From the IMG/VR virus record IMGVR_UViG_3300021387_000130, positions 1 to 49,480 of that record: a stretch of 49,480 nucleotides of DNA; one strand, 5' to 3'. The position numbers and the translations under genes are program-made. The notes beneath the pieces were generated by a model, which saw only the letters and a list, made by a program, of their open reading frames with translations, was not told the DNA's origin and did no database searches. Numbering within the stretch: the stretch's first letter is position 1; each line of letters opens with the position of its first letter. Positions 26,221-35,488 of the stretch are shown here, piece after piece. This stretch comes from a virus.

Positions 26221-26754
26221 TTATTCCCCCTCTCCGCTGAAATCAGGTCTTACAACTTCGGGAACCGCACTTACAAAGGTAAAGCCTTTTGCCGTAAGCG
26301 CTGTCTTTGCCGCAGAAGCAATCTTCTTTCCGTCATAGCTGTAATAGGTCTTGCCATCACCTGCAGTAGTGTCAGTCGTAAGAGTGTATACATAGTTCGG
26401 AGAAGAACCGCTTCTCTCATACAACCCAAGCTCTTTCGGATTACCGCCAGTCGGTACAGTTGCAGAGCTGTAGGTATCTACTGCTTCCGGAAGCCTGTCC
26501 TCATATACAACACCCTTCAGCACAACAGAACCCGGCATATTTCCTGAAGTCACATCCACATCCTCGTAGACAATGCCCTCTGCCGTTGAACCGTTTGCAG
26601 GGAATACTGTACCCATTTTTACATATTTCTTTTCGCCAACCGTTGTGGCGAGAGACTGCGGGATTTCTCTTGTCTTTCTTTCACATTCCTCATGTGCAAG
26701 GAACCATCCCGGGGCATAAACCTTGCCCTGCTCTACAGAACCAATGAAACTCAT
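26221..26754 (-). CDS. Putative head decoration/capsid-associated protein
   Basis: Called from its position between the scaffold and capsid genes. The protein is Gly/Thr/Val-rich. Confidence 0.35.
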   Translation of the reverse strand: MSFIGSVEQGKVYAPGWFLAHEECERKTREIPQSLATTVGEKKYVKMGTVFPANGSTAEGIVYEDVDVTSGNMPGSVVLKGVVYEDRLPEAVDTYSSATVPTGGNPKELGLYERSGSSPNYVYTLTTDTTAGDGKTYYSYDGKKIASAAKTALTAKGFTFVSAVPEVVRPDFSGEGE

Positions 26755-27345
26755 TTAGTTCTCTCCTTTCCTTCCGTAAATTGACTCATAGTGTTTCTGT
26801 GCAACAATAGCCGCTCTACTAGGCGTCCTGCCACCGCCTGAGCTACCCTCAGGAGGCGTATTCGTGTCTGCGCCCTTCACACCTTCAGTCACAATAAAGT
26901 CTTTCCATTCTTCTTTTGCTTCTTTTTCCAGAGCATCGGCATTTTTGATGTTTCCATCCTTATCAAGCTCGATTGTGTCAAACTTGCTGACCCGGATGAT
27001 TGTACCGATTCTCTTCTCTGACACTCCTGCCTTTTTCAGCAATTCGGCGTATGCGTCTTTCTTCTTGCGCATAAGCTCTCTCGCATCCACATCGGCCTTG
27101 TAGTCATCGTACTCTTTCCGCAAATCCTCATACTGTTTCTTATAAGGGTTTTCGCCATTCTGTTCTGCCGCTTTTTTCAGGTCATCCAGTTCCTTCTGGA
27201 CAGCAGGCAGAGCATCATGTGCCTCTTTGTATTTATCTCGCTCTTCCTTCAGCGCATTTACAGTATCGGTATGTGCTTCGATGATCTCATCAATCTTTTC
27301 CGCTTCAACCCCCAGAGCGGATAGAAATTTTCTTGTCAGTGCGAT
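26755..27345 (-). CDS. Scaffolding protein with no canonical start codon (candidate ATC 27345 or CTG 27339)
   Basis: The coiled-coil frame ..LTRKFLSALGVEAEKIDEIIEAHTDTVNALKEERDKY.. is open from 27348. There is no ATG, GTG or TTG before the TTG at 27123. The N-terminus looks like a typical scaffold start (M-x-RKFL..LG). Confidence 0.6.
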   Translation of the reverse strand: MALTRKFLSALGVEAEKIDEIIEAHTDTVNALKEERDKYKEAHDALPAVQKELDDLKKAAEQNGENPYKKQYEDLRKEYDDYKADVDARELMRKKKDAYAELLKKAGVSEKRIGTIIRVSKFDTIELDKDGNIKNADALEKEAKEEWKDFIVTEGVKGADTNTPPEGSSGGGRTPSRAAIVAQKHYESIYGRKGEN

Positions 27346-27875
27346 AAGTCATCACTCCCTTCTTCATATCGCCATACATAACCACCTGCTGTTTTACTCC
27401 ATCCGGTCAAACAATTATTGATTGCCGTTCGTGAAATTCCAGTCAGGTTACTTGCATATACAATACTTTTATACTCAGCAATTTTTTTGCCATTTACTTT
27501 ATATTGGCTAATATGCTTTCCTTTGCTGTATTCAACATTGTATTGCCGAGAACACCATTCAAGATTTTCCACATGATTATTTAAAGAATTTTCGTCCTTA
27601 TGATTTACTTCCGGATAATCATTTAGATTTTGTATAAAAGCTTTTGCAACGAGTCGATGTACAGATTCATGATGAATATTTCCCTCATTATCTGTAAGGA
27701 TCACAAATTCATATTGTGGCTGTCCTTTATATCCTCTTTTGCCTTTTTTAAGCTTTTTCCCTCTCCTATGCTGTTCCCATGCGCCATGTACGGTTTTTGG
27801 AAGTGAAAATACTTCGCCTTCGTCACTCACAAGATACCGCCCTTCGTATCCCGGAATTTCCTTCCAGAGTGCCAT
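27336..27875 (-). CDS. HNH homing endonuclease (NUMOD4 + HNH + C-terminal HTH)
   Basis: WKEIPGYEGRYLVSDEGEVFSL is a NUMOD4 motif. VNHKDENSLNNHVENLEWC is the HNH motif. The C-terminus has SIVYASNLTGISRTAINNCL. Confidence 0.85.
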   Translation of the reverse strand: MALWKEIPGYEGRYLVSDEGEVFSLPKTVHGAWEQHRRGKKLKKGKRGYKGQPQYEFVILTDNEGNIHHESVHRLVAKAFIQNLNDYPEVNHKDENSLNNHVENLEWCSRQYNVEYSKGKHISQYKVNGKKIAEYKSIVYASNLTGISRTAINNCLTGWSKTAGGYVWRYEEGSDDLSH

Positions 27876-27974
27876 ATATATCTCCTCTTCTTCGGTGACA
27901 GTTCTTCGTCATTAGATACCATAAATGTAACATATTCATATCTCTTTTTCAAGCTTTAAATTTTCTGACAATTT

Positions 27975-28108
27975 AGTGTAGTATTATCATGCATTTAGGA
28001 AAACTTTTCTATAGAAAAACTCTCTATAGAGACTTTCCTATAATGTATCTTTATACTACATTTTTTCATGCAGAAAATAAAGAAAAATAAAAGAAATATA
28101 AAGAATAT
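27975..28108. repeat. Element B: 87-bp quasi-palindrome (27975-28061) plus AT-rich tract; inverted copy of element A
   Basis: The core is agtgtagtat...atactacat, with two TCTATAGA octamers (28008-28015 and 28023-28030). Its reverse complement aligns to 4846-4985 at roughly 85 percent identity in the core, by eye. Confidence 0.8.
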
Positions 28109-28140
28109 TAAAAAAGCCTGTTAGTCACTTCTAACAGGCT
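28109..28140 (-). terminator. Rho-independent terminator (minus strand)
   Basis: A 10-bp stem AGCCUGUUAG/CUAACAGGCU with a 6-nt loop is followed by UUUUUU. Confidence 0.75.
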
Positions 28141-28188
28141 TCATTTTTGCATCATCATATATTGTTTTAAATTGTATGGAATTGTGTC

Positions 28189-28557
28189 TCAGGCGTTTTC
28201 CAGACTTTCTTTGACAAGGTTTCTGTATTCCTCAGTATGCTGTGTTGCCGCCTTGGTTAAAAACCTTGCAGGTCTTATTCCTCTTGATGTGCCAAGCTCC
28301 TGATATGGAGCGTATTCCACATCAGTACCAATAGCCACAAAATCTTCGCCCTGAGCATGACCAATGCTGTTCATCATAGTTCCGGTGTCAACACGTCCTT
28401 CCCTGATGATTACATCCATGGCATGACCAACAGCACTTTCGCCTATTGCGTCCAATGATCTGTCAATGGCATTCTTCAAAGCGTCAAGCACCTCAGGGGC
28501 GTTTGACTCCAGTGTGATTTTTGCACCAAGTCCTTTACTGACAACTTTTGTACTCAT
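28189..28557 (-). CDS. HK97 gp10-family protein
   Basis: VDTGTMMNSIGH...VAIGTDVEYAPYQELGTS...PARFLTKA matches the gp10-family signature. Confidence 0.6.
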   Translation of the reverse strand: MSTKVVSKGLGAKITLESNAPEVLDALKNAIDRSLDAIGESAVGHAMDVIIREGRVDTGTMMNSIGHAQGEDFVAIGTDVEYAPYQELGTSRGIRPARFLTKAATQHTEEYRNLVKESLENA

Positions 28558-29507
28558 CCAAAACTCACCTTTATCTTTCCCTGCAGATGCTCCGGGAGTA
28601 TTGATTTAAAGCCTACTGGGATATTCTTCCTGCCGCATCTGCAGTTGTAAATATTGTTCGGACTTGCTCCAAGACTGGTATCGCCCGGATACATAAGCTT
28701 TTCTCCGTTTACAATAAATGGCTCGTCAATAGGGATTGCTTTCTGAACATCGCCGTAATCAATTCCTGCCTGAATATGCCAGTCTCTGGTGCGATGATCG
28801 CCTATGGTAACCCAACACTTTTTCAGGATTACACCTTTTTTCTCTGCCGCTTTTGCCGAGTCATCCTTAGCCTTGTTTTCAACAGTGGTTACAATAGTTC
28901 TTGCTGATCTGATTGCGCTCTTGTAATTCATGTTCTCCACATTCATAAGACGCAATGCCATCTTCTTAACACTTTCTCCCTGATAAATACCCTGCAAGAT
29001 TTCGGCGTTAATCATTTTCATATTCCAAGGGATATCTTTCTTTGGGTCTAGTATTTTTCTCGGCAGAAAAAAGTGATCGTCATGCAAGACAAGATTTTGG
29101 ATTGCCCTCTGATTCGCCATCTCAAAAGAAATCTTATGGCTCATTCCTGCTTCAATATCCTTTGCGCTGTAATTGTAATTCAACATATAGATATCCGGGA
29201 TTTGGTCATTGATATAAGCAGTGGCAATCTTATTCACATTATGGATATCCATTGCCGCCTGCTCTTTCATGGCAGTCCAGTGCTTGCCCATGGCAATTTT
29301 GCCTTTGCGCCATTTTTTATATTCGCTCTGAGACATCAGCCCTCTGGAAACAAGCTCTCTTTTCTTTTCATCCGCTTTATTGAATTTCTCGAAATACTCT
29401 TTGTGCTTCTCGGATAGCTCTTTGCCTGCACGTTTGTAAACCTTAGAAAGATGACGCTCCATCTCCTTCAGCTTCCTGTCCGTTTCCTTCCTCGCCAGAT
29501 CCGGCAT
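28554..29507 (-). CDS. Head morphogenesis protein (SPP1 gp7 / Mu F family)
   Basis: It follows the portal. The C-terminal NIYNCRCGRKNIP is the MuF-type CRC motif. Confidence 0.7.
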   Translation of the reverse strand: MPDLARKETDRKLKEMERHLSKVYKRAGKELSEKHKEYFEKFNKADEKKRELVSRGLMSQSEYKKWRKGKIAMGKHWTAMKEQAAMDIHNVNKIATAYINDQIPDIYMLNYNYSAKDIEAGMSHKISFEMANQRAIQNLVLHDDHFFLPRKILDPKKDIPWNMKMINAEILQGIYQGESVKKMALRLMNVENMNYKSAIRSARTIVTTVENKAKDDSAKAAEKKGVILKKCWVTIGDHRTRDWHIQAGIDYGDVQKAIPIDEPFIVNGEKLMYPGDTSLGASPNNIYNCRCGRKNIPVGFKSILPEHLQGKIKVSFG

Positions 29508-30840
29508 TTACATCACCATACCTTCCCGCCTCATCAGCAACAAGCTCCTTCATGACTTCTTCCGTCTTATCTCCATCGCCAAGCAGTTCAAGGATTTTTT
29601 GCGTAATATAGTCAGTGGAAAGATACTGCGAAGACTGTAACAGCAGTTCTATGCTTTCCTGAGCATTAACGATAACAGAGCGTGTATAACTGGGCTCATC
29701 ATCAATCCCTGCAAGCTCAAGTATCCCGGAAATAAAGTCGGTCACGCAATACTCAAACATATCAGTCTTATTGTTCAGTGGTTCATACGCCGCCTTGATC
29801 TGTGTGGCAGTTACTGCGCCCCCGGCAATCTCTTTCGTGTCAAGAGCCATAAAATCGTCATAGAGGTCTGAACGCAGTCTGTCAAGCAATGCCTCCCTGC
29901 TTGCATAGGGCACATCCAAAGTGTGGCTTTCTGCCCTTGCTCCGTCATCATCAACGACAGCCGCCTTGACGGTTTTCATGCGCTGAACAAATTTGACTAG
30001 GTCTATGTCATCCATGCCGCCTGCATTCTGGATTGTCCAGTAAATCTGCGAAGCATCATCAAGGTCATTGGCAAAGCCACTCTTTATTAGGTCATAAGCG
30101 TCAATCGCTTCACGGATGCCAACAAGCTCGCTCTGCTTCTGCTGATTTGCCCAGAGCGGGATGATCGGGAAGCTCGGATAGTTTTCACCATCATAGATTT
30201 CCACACCATCTGAAAGCGTAAAACGGATTTTCAGTTTGTATGGACGTTTAGGCCGTATTTCAACTTCTTGACCGCTTCTCCAGATGTAATTTGTGTATCC
30301 GTCAATCTCGTACAAAGTAGCCCTGAGCGGCTTAACCGGGTCAATCTGCCAGAACCTGACTCCTGCTTTTAATGCGCCATCTTCTTCGTCCCACAGCGGA
30401 GCAAACTCTTTCAGCCGGAATGTTTCCAGATGGTCGTAATTCCAGAAACCGAAGGAAACTTTATCCACAAGCGCATAATGTGCAAGCTGTTGGACTTTCG
30501 TGTCAAAGTCCTTGCCCAGTTTTTCAGGCGTGCTCTTCTCGTTCCAACTTACACCATTGCCAAGCAGGTATTGCACCTGCTGAGTGACGAACCTGTTGAA
30601 AAAGCTCGAAGTAATTTTATAATTTGCGCTGTAATTATCCGGTACAGACTCTCCTGAGATGGTATAGAGCAACTTCCGGTATTCACTGATTGTGACATTC
30701 TGCTTGCAGTCATATGCTTCTGCAGTGATTGCCATCTCGTATTCGTCAGATGCCTTGTGAGTAGAAATAAAGCTTCGAACAAACTCCGATCTGAGCTTCT
30801 CGTCCTCACCGACTGCCAATAAGTCTTGATAAGTAATCAA
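29443..30840 (-). CDS. Portal protein (SPP1 gp6-like)
   Basis: 465 aa, immediately after terL, with an acidic C-terminal tail. Confidence 0.75.
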   Translation of the reverse strand: MITYQDLLAVGEDEKLRSEFVRSFISTHKASDEYEMAITAEAYDCKQNVTISEYRKLLYTISGESVPDNYSANYKITSSFFNRFVTQQVQYLLGNGVSWNEKSTPEKLGKDFDTKVQQLAHYALVDKVSFGFWNYDHLETFRLKEFAPLWDEEDGALKAGVRFWQIDPVKPLRATLYEIDGYTNYIWRSGQEVEIRPKRPYKLKIRFTLSDGVEIYDGENYPSFPIIPLWANQQKQSELVGIREAIDAYDLIKSGFANDLDDASQIYWTIQNAGGMDDIDLVKFVQRMKTVKAAVVDDDGARAESHTLDVPYASREALLDRLRSDLYDDFMALDTKEIAGGAVTATQIKAAYEPLNNKTDMFEYCVTDFISGILELAGIDDEPSYTRSVIVNAQESIELLLQSSQYLSTDYITQKILELLGDGDKTEEVMKELVADEAGRYGDVNAGSGEEGNGQEAEGDGASSF

Positions 30841-32134
30841 TGTTTTCTATACCATCCTTTCTTATCGCTTTTTTAATTACGTGTTTTGTCTTTACAAAAT
30901 ATCTCATGGCATCCATAAGATGATCATTTTCTTTTACAGGTCGATCATCCAAAGTGTCTTTATCCCAGACATAACCTGCCGCTTCTTCCTGCCAGTTTTT
31001 GCAATTCATGCAGATTTTAATATAGCTGTTATCCAATGCGTTAGCCGTCTCTCTAATGCCATCTAGCACAGCATTATCAGCTTTGATTACCTTGTATCTA
31101 TGATTTCTTTTTCGTAGCAGGGCGATAAACGAAGCGGCAGACGGGTCAATAATAGTTTCGATTTTTTGATCTGGCGCAATGTCCATCAGCCATGCATCCA
31201 AATCCTGTGCATATTGTTCGTCAGTCTTTTGGATTCCTTCGTTGCGCCCGCTGTAATAATACTCACGAACAGCATACCATGTTCTGCCTATTTTCGCAAA
31301 CAAAAGGGCGGCGAAAGCGTTCATGGTTCCATAATCCACGCTCAGACAATACGCTTCCGGTTCTCCGTCAGGATACGGACATATTGCCTTCTCATACATA
31401 GGGAAGATCAAACCCTCTGCAATACACCTTTCGCCGTCAATATCCCGGCGATACCACACAGAGCCTACGATGTATTGACTTTTGATTTCTTCAAGTCTCT
31501 GCGGCGTTATAGCGAGGTTGTCAGCAATGGTAAAATGTTGATATTGATAACCGCCTTTGTATTTATCGACATAAGCATCTATATAATTCTTATAAATGCT
31601 GTGACCGGGATTGCATGGATTCAAATCCCACAGGATCAGCGGCTTCTCTGCGGCAACCTGACGACCAAAAGCGACTTTTATAAAAGAGGTTCGAGAATCT
31701 TCACAGTCGTAATGCTCGTTAATTTCCGTAGCTATCCACATTCCGTACGAGTTACCAAGGATCCGTTTATAACTGTCTGACTTTGCCGCACCTGTGAAAA
31801 TAACGATCTTCTCACCTGTCTGCGTGTAAATATATAATGCTTCGTTATCCTTGAATTTCCCCCATTTACAACGACCACGGAAAAGGTTTTCAAGCCCAAA
31901 GCCGTTGCATACTCCAATGTTCAGTTTGGCATTACCGATTGTCGAACCGGATGCTAAATGTATTTTGTCTGGGCAGGTTTCCAGATACATTGCCGCAATA
32001 ATGCAGTTATCTATTGTTTTGCCTGAACGAATAGCACCCTCCGCAACATTCATTTTGTTGCGAAGGGCGTTCTTAATATAGGTTTTATGTTTTTGAGAAA
32101 AAGGTTTCCATTCAATCGTTTGTTTTTTATTCAT
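30806..32134 (-). CDS. terL: Terminase large subunit
   Basis: Walker A GAIRSGKT, a PBSX/Terminase_3-like organisation and a C-terminal nuclease region (DHLMDAMRY). Confidence 0.85.
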   Translation of the reverse strand: MNKKQTIEWKPFSQKHKTYIKNALRNKMNVAEGAIRSGKTIDNCIIAAMYLETCPDKIHLASGSTIGNAKLNIGVCNGFGLENLFRGRCKWGKFKDNEALYIYTQTGEKIVIFTGAAKSDSYKRILGNSYGMWIATEINEHYDCEDSRTSFIKVAFGRQVAAEKPLILWDLNPCNPGHSIYKNYIDAYVDKYKGGYQYQHFTIADNLAITPQRLEEIKSQYIVGSVWYRRDIDGERCIAEGLIFPMYEKAICPYPDGEPEAYCLSVDYGTMNAFAALLFAKIGRTWYAVREYYYSGRNEGIQKTDEQYAQDLDAWLMDIAPDQKIETIIDPSAASFIALLRKRNHRYKVIKADNAVLDGIRETANALDNSYIKICMNCKNWQEEAAGYVWDKDTLDDRPVKENDHLMDAMRYFVKTKHVIKKAIRKDGIENIDYLSRLIGSR

Positions 32135-32468
32135 CTTTCAACATCTCCGCAAGACCCGAAAGATCTTCAACCTCAGTAATGGTCTGTTCAACTTTATCAG
32201 TTTGTCCAAGCCAATTCTTGCCAAGAAAAATAGCCATTGCTACATTATGCTCTGCCATCTTAAACTGCCATCTGCGCAGGCTGATTTTACCCGCCGAAGA
32301 ATGTTTTTTAAATGCCTCCGCAAAACTCATTTTCAGCTCTCGTTTACACCATCTTTCAATGGTGTCTTCGGAGCAACTAAAAAATGATGCGATTTCAGAC
32401 AATGTGCATTGCAAACCACATAATTTTTTGAAATTATCAAAATCAATTTCAATTCTTGGTCTCGCCAT
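32127..32468 (-). CDS. terS: Terminase small subunit
   Basis: 113 aa with an N-terminal HTH (CTLSEIASFFSCSEDTIERW). It lies directly upstream of terL. Confidence 0.6.
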   Translation of the reverse strand: MARPRIEIDFDNFKKLCGLQCTLSEIASFFSCSEDTIERWCKRELKMSFAEAFKKHSSAGKISLRRWQFKMAEHNVAMAIFLGKNWLGQTDKVEQTITEVEDLSGLAEMLKDE

Positions 32469-32616
32469 ATTTATACCGCCTATATTCTGAAAGCTCCTTT
32501 TTCAAGCGCAAAAGATATTTATTATAATCACGTTTTAAAGTTTTACTTTCTGTCCGTTTTAATGCATCTTCGACTCGATTAATCTCAGTTATTTGATTTA
32601 ATTCGGCTTTATCCAT
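32449..32616 (-). CDS. Small coiled-coil protein (55 aa), below the ORF-track cutoff
   Basis: GGAG lies 8 nt upstream of the ATG. Translation: MDKAELNQITEINRVEDALKRTESKTLKRDYNKYLLRLKKELSEYRRYKYGETKN. Confidence 0.4.
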   Translation of the reverse strand: MDKAELNQITEINRVEDALKRTESKTLKRDYNKYLLRLKKELSEYRRYKYGETKN

Positions 32617-32621
32617 AGATT

Positions 32622-33941
32622 TTACTCCAATACATCAGCAAATCCATCTTTTGTTTTTCCTATAATTCCAGAATATCCCGGCATAAATGTCTTGCTTTCG
32701 TCATAAATATATACGATATCGCCGTTTTCATCAAGACCATTTGGCTTCATAACTCCACCAAACATAACAAATGGATTTTGTCCTGCCCTTGGATTATTCC
32801 AAAGATAATGCAGATAATCTTTCATGGTTGAATTATAAAATCTTGCTCTTTTCTCACTTGAATTTGTATTAAACCCTTCAGCCTTATTGAACATGATTTT
32901 ATCAAGATAATGCATATCACTCTCGATTTCGCTCCAATGCACAACGCCGTTTCTCCGGCATAATTGCAATGCATAAGAAAAATTCCCTCTGGAGTAATTA
33001 TAATCAGGATTTAAACCACAGCAACAGCCATTTGCGCAGAGCTCTTTAAAATGCGCATCAGAGACGTAAAATCTCATACCGAACTTATCACAAAGCTCTT
33101 TCATTTCATACATGTATCGCTCTTTTATTTTGCGATTAAGCCGGAGATACCCACTGCCTCTTGAATGCTTCTTATAAAAGTCCACAATGTCAAAGCCACA
33201 GCATTCACTTAAAACGTTATAATGTTCTCTTGCGTTATTTATCGATCGGGCTTCAAGACAAAAGAACTCCGTTGTTACTGCATCCGCACCTGCATCATGA
33301 GCGGCAACAATCAGATCCTTATAATCTTTCGAGGAAACGCCAATAATAAACGGTCTGAGCCGCAATGTTGCGCCGCCCTTGTTTAATGTTGTGTATTCAT
33401 GTATGGCATTAATCCGCTCCTGCGGAGAAGGAACTCCGACTTCGATCTTCTTCGCTTTTTCTGCATCAAGAGTAATGATACTGAATTTTACATTCCAATT
33501 ATCCTGTCCTCTGAACAGCTCTCGATACCGTTCATCATGAACCCACCAAGTACTTTTTGTGGAAAAACAAATTGGATAATTAATTTCCTTGAAAAACTTC
33601 AACAATTCAAGTGTAACGCCGTACTTTCGTTCAAATTCATCAAACTGATCCGAAAGCCCGCCCCATTGAAAAACTTTTCTTGCACGAACATAATCACCAA
33701 ACTGACTGCTGTCAGGATCAGTAAAAATGGCTTTTACTTTTTCCGGGTTTACACTCTTTACAACCTTTGCAAGATAATCATCTTTTGAACTGCCAATCCC
33801 ACGCTGATACTGTGAGAAGCAATATACACAGCCGAAAGAGCAGTTGCTGTATGTATCAAAGGTCATTGGCATTGTACAGTCTGCGATTTCTCCAGACCAA
33901 CGTGGACTGCCATAATTTTGCTTTAGTTTTTTATCGCTCAT
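32622..33941 (-). CDS. Radical SAM enzyme, spore-photoproduct-lyase/DNA-photolyase-like (COG1533-like)
   Basis: Carries the CxxxCxxC motif NCSFGCVYCF near the N-terminus and a second Cys cluster CANGCCCG. The protein is 439 aa. Confidence 0.65.
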   Translation of the reverse strand: MSDKKLKQNYGSPRWSGEIADCTMPMTFDTYSNCSFGCVYCFSQYQRGIGSSKDDYLAKVVKSVNPEKVKAIFTDPDSSQFGDYVRARKVFQWGGLSDQFDEFERKYGVTLELLKFFKEINYPICFSTKSTWWVHDERYRELFRGQDNWNVKFSIITLDAEKAKKIEVGVPSPQERINAIHEYTTLNKGGATLRLRPFIIGVSSKDYKDLIVAAHDAGADAVTTEFFCLEARSINNAREHYNVLSECCGFDIVDFYKKHSRGSGYLRLNRKIKERYMYEMKELCDKFGMRFYVSDAHFKELCANGCCCGLNPDYNYSRGNFSYALQLCRRNGVVHWSEIESDMHYLDKIMFNKAEGFNTNSSEKRARFYNSTMKDYLHYLWNNPRAGQNPFVMFGGVMKPNGLDENGDIVYIYDESKTFMPGYSGIIGKTKDGFADVLE

Positions 33942-34711
33942 ATTATTTGAATAACTCCACTGTAATCAGGCTTTACTTTCACATAACGGCTGTATTCTGC
34001 GCAAAGCCTATCGAGATCGTTTCTTATTGCATCTGTTTGATACGTTTCAAACAATCCGCCTTTGTAATTTCTGTTTGGCTTTTTGCTTGTTGCGATATCA
34101 TTTTTTCTTATCGTCAATCCTCCAGAAGATATGATTCTCAGCTGAATCTCATAATCTTCAACAGTACGATACGTTTCGTTATAATATGTTTTCTTGTCAA
34201 TTATATGACCGACTAATCCTCCCTGAAATAGCTTGTTTACGCTAAACTCTCCATCCACAGAAAGCCTAGTCTTTGCAAACATTGCATTTCCAGTGGGAGA
34301 ACAGCCCCATATAACGCTTCCAATCTGTTCCGTTTCGGAGAAAGACTTTATTACATCCTCTTCAAAAACCTTCTTGTCGTATATCTTTCTTGATGTTGCC
34401 TTTGTCTGACCTTTTTCCGCAAACAGCTTCATTTTTGTAAAGCTCAGCACATCATCATCAAGCATACACACCCAGTCTCCGACAGAGTACCCATCGTACC
34501 GAAGAACGTTATTCCTGTTTACGGAGCAACCCTTTCCTTCAACAAGAACAAAGTTTATCTCAGGATGAAGCACTTTATATGCTTCGCAATCGTTTCTGTC
34601 TTGCAGAAAAACAGTAATGTCGCTCCTTTCAATTCCAAGCTCAAGAAGCGTTCTTATCGTGACGCATTCCGGGCGATGATAACTTATGATCGCATAATTT
34701 ATTTTCTTCAT
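33938..34711 (-). CDS. GT-A-fold glycosyltransferase-like protein
   Basis: N-terminal YAIISYHRPE is a Rossmann-like strand. A DxD-type motif occurs in CMLDDDVLSF. Confidence 0.45.
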   Translation of the reverse strand: MKKINYAIISYHRPECVTIRTLLELGIERSDITVFLQDRNDCEAYKVLHPEINFVLVEGKGCSVNRNNVLRYDGYSVGDWVCMLDDDVLSFTKMKLFAEKGQTKATSRKIYDKKVFEEDVIKSFSETEQIGSVIWGCSPTGNAMFAKTRLSVDGEFSVNKLFQGGLVGHIIDKKTYYNETYRTVEDYEIQLRIISSGGLTIRKNDIATSKKPNRNYKGGLFETYQTDAIRNDLDRLCAEYSRYVKVKPDYSGVIQII

Positions 34712-35436
34712 GATTCTTCCGCCGCTTTAATGTCGCTTGCGATATAGATCACTTTCAGCTTCTCTTCCTGCGGAACTCCGAGCAGGTCTTTCACGATCTT
34801 TTCTTCTTCGTCATTCCGATAGATGATGATGACGCGCCTTGTCACCAATTCAGCGGCATGCTTCGCATACGCCGCCAAATCCTCTTTTGCGGCTTCTTTA
34901 GGAATATACGGAGGAGTTTCCGCCTGACCGCCAAAAACGCCTTGTTGCCCATTATACGGACTTACAGGCACATATTCGCCGCTGTCTGCCTGCTCAACAG
35001 GACGAACTGCTTCCGCCTGCGGAGTGTACTGAGGGATTTCAGGCGAATCATCGATCTGAAGCTCAAGAATTTCCGCTTCATTAAAACCAAAATCAGTCAT
35101 ATCTAAGCCCGGAAGATCACCAATTTCTTCTACAAGAAGCTCAATATCCCAATCACTTTCATTGGTTTTATTATCTGCAATTCTAAATGCTTTTACCTGT
35201 TCCTCCGTAAGATCATCAGCCATAACCACAGGCACAACAGTCATTCCCAAGAGCTTTGCCGCCGCAAGTCTGCCATGCCCGACAATAATCTCCATATTCT
35301 TGTCCAGTACAAGCGGCTGACGAAAACCAAATTCCTTAATGCTGTTCGCAATCGCCTTTACCTGATCTTCAGGATGCTTTTTCGCATTCTTTTTATAAGC
35401 CTTGATTTCACTTATTTTTACCTGTTTTACGTCCAT
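34708..35436 (-). CDS. ParB/Srx N-terminal-domain protein with an uncharacterised C-terminal half
   Basis: KISEIKAYKKNAKKHPEDQV...GFRQPLVL...IVGHGRLAAAKLLG is a ParB-like nuclease/NTPase domain. Confidence 0.65.
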   Translation of the reverse strand: MDVKQVKISEIKAYKKNAKKHPEDQVKAIANSIKEFGFRQPLVLDKNMEIIVGHGRLAAAKLLGMTVVPVVMADDLTEEQVKAFRIADNKTNESDWDIELLVEEIGDLPGLDMTDFGFNEAEILELQIDDSPEIPQYTPQAEAVRPVEQADSGEYVPVSPYNGQQGVFGGQAETPPYIPKEAAKEDLAAYAKHAAELVTRRVIIIYRNDEEEKIVKDLLGVPQEEKLKVIYIASDIKAAEES

Positions 35437-35488
35437 TTAATACTCCTTAAAAATAGTTTATTTATAGAAACAAATATTTTACGTGTAA

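Noticed and set aside
27876-28188. A second group I intron carrying the HNH gene, with a tiny scaffold exon 1 upstream.
   Set aside because: No group I core motifs (nothing like AAGAUAUAGUC) were seen in 27124-28188. No splice-site combination with a U at the 5' site and a G at the 3' site restores a sensible M-T-R-K-F-L start. Only very short ORFs lie upstream.
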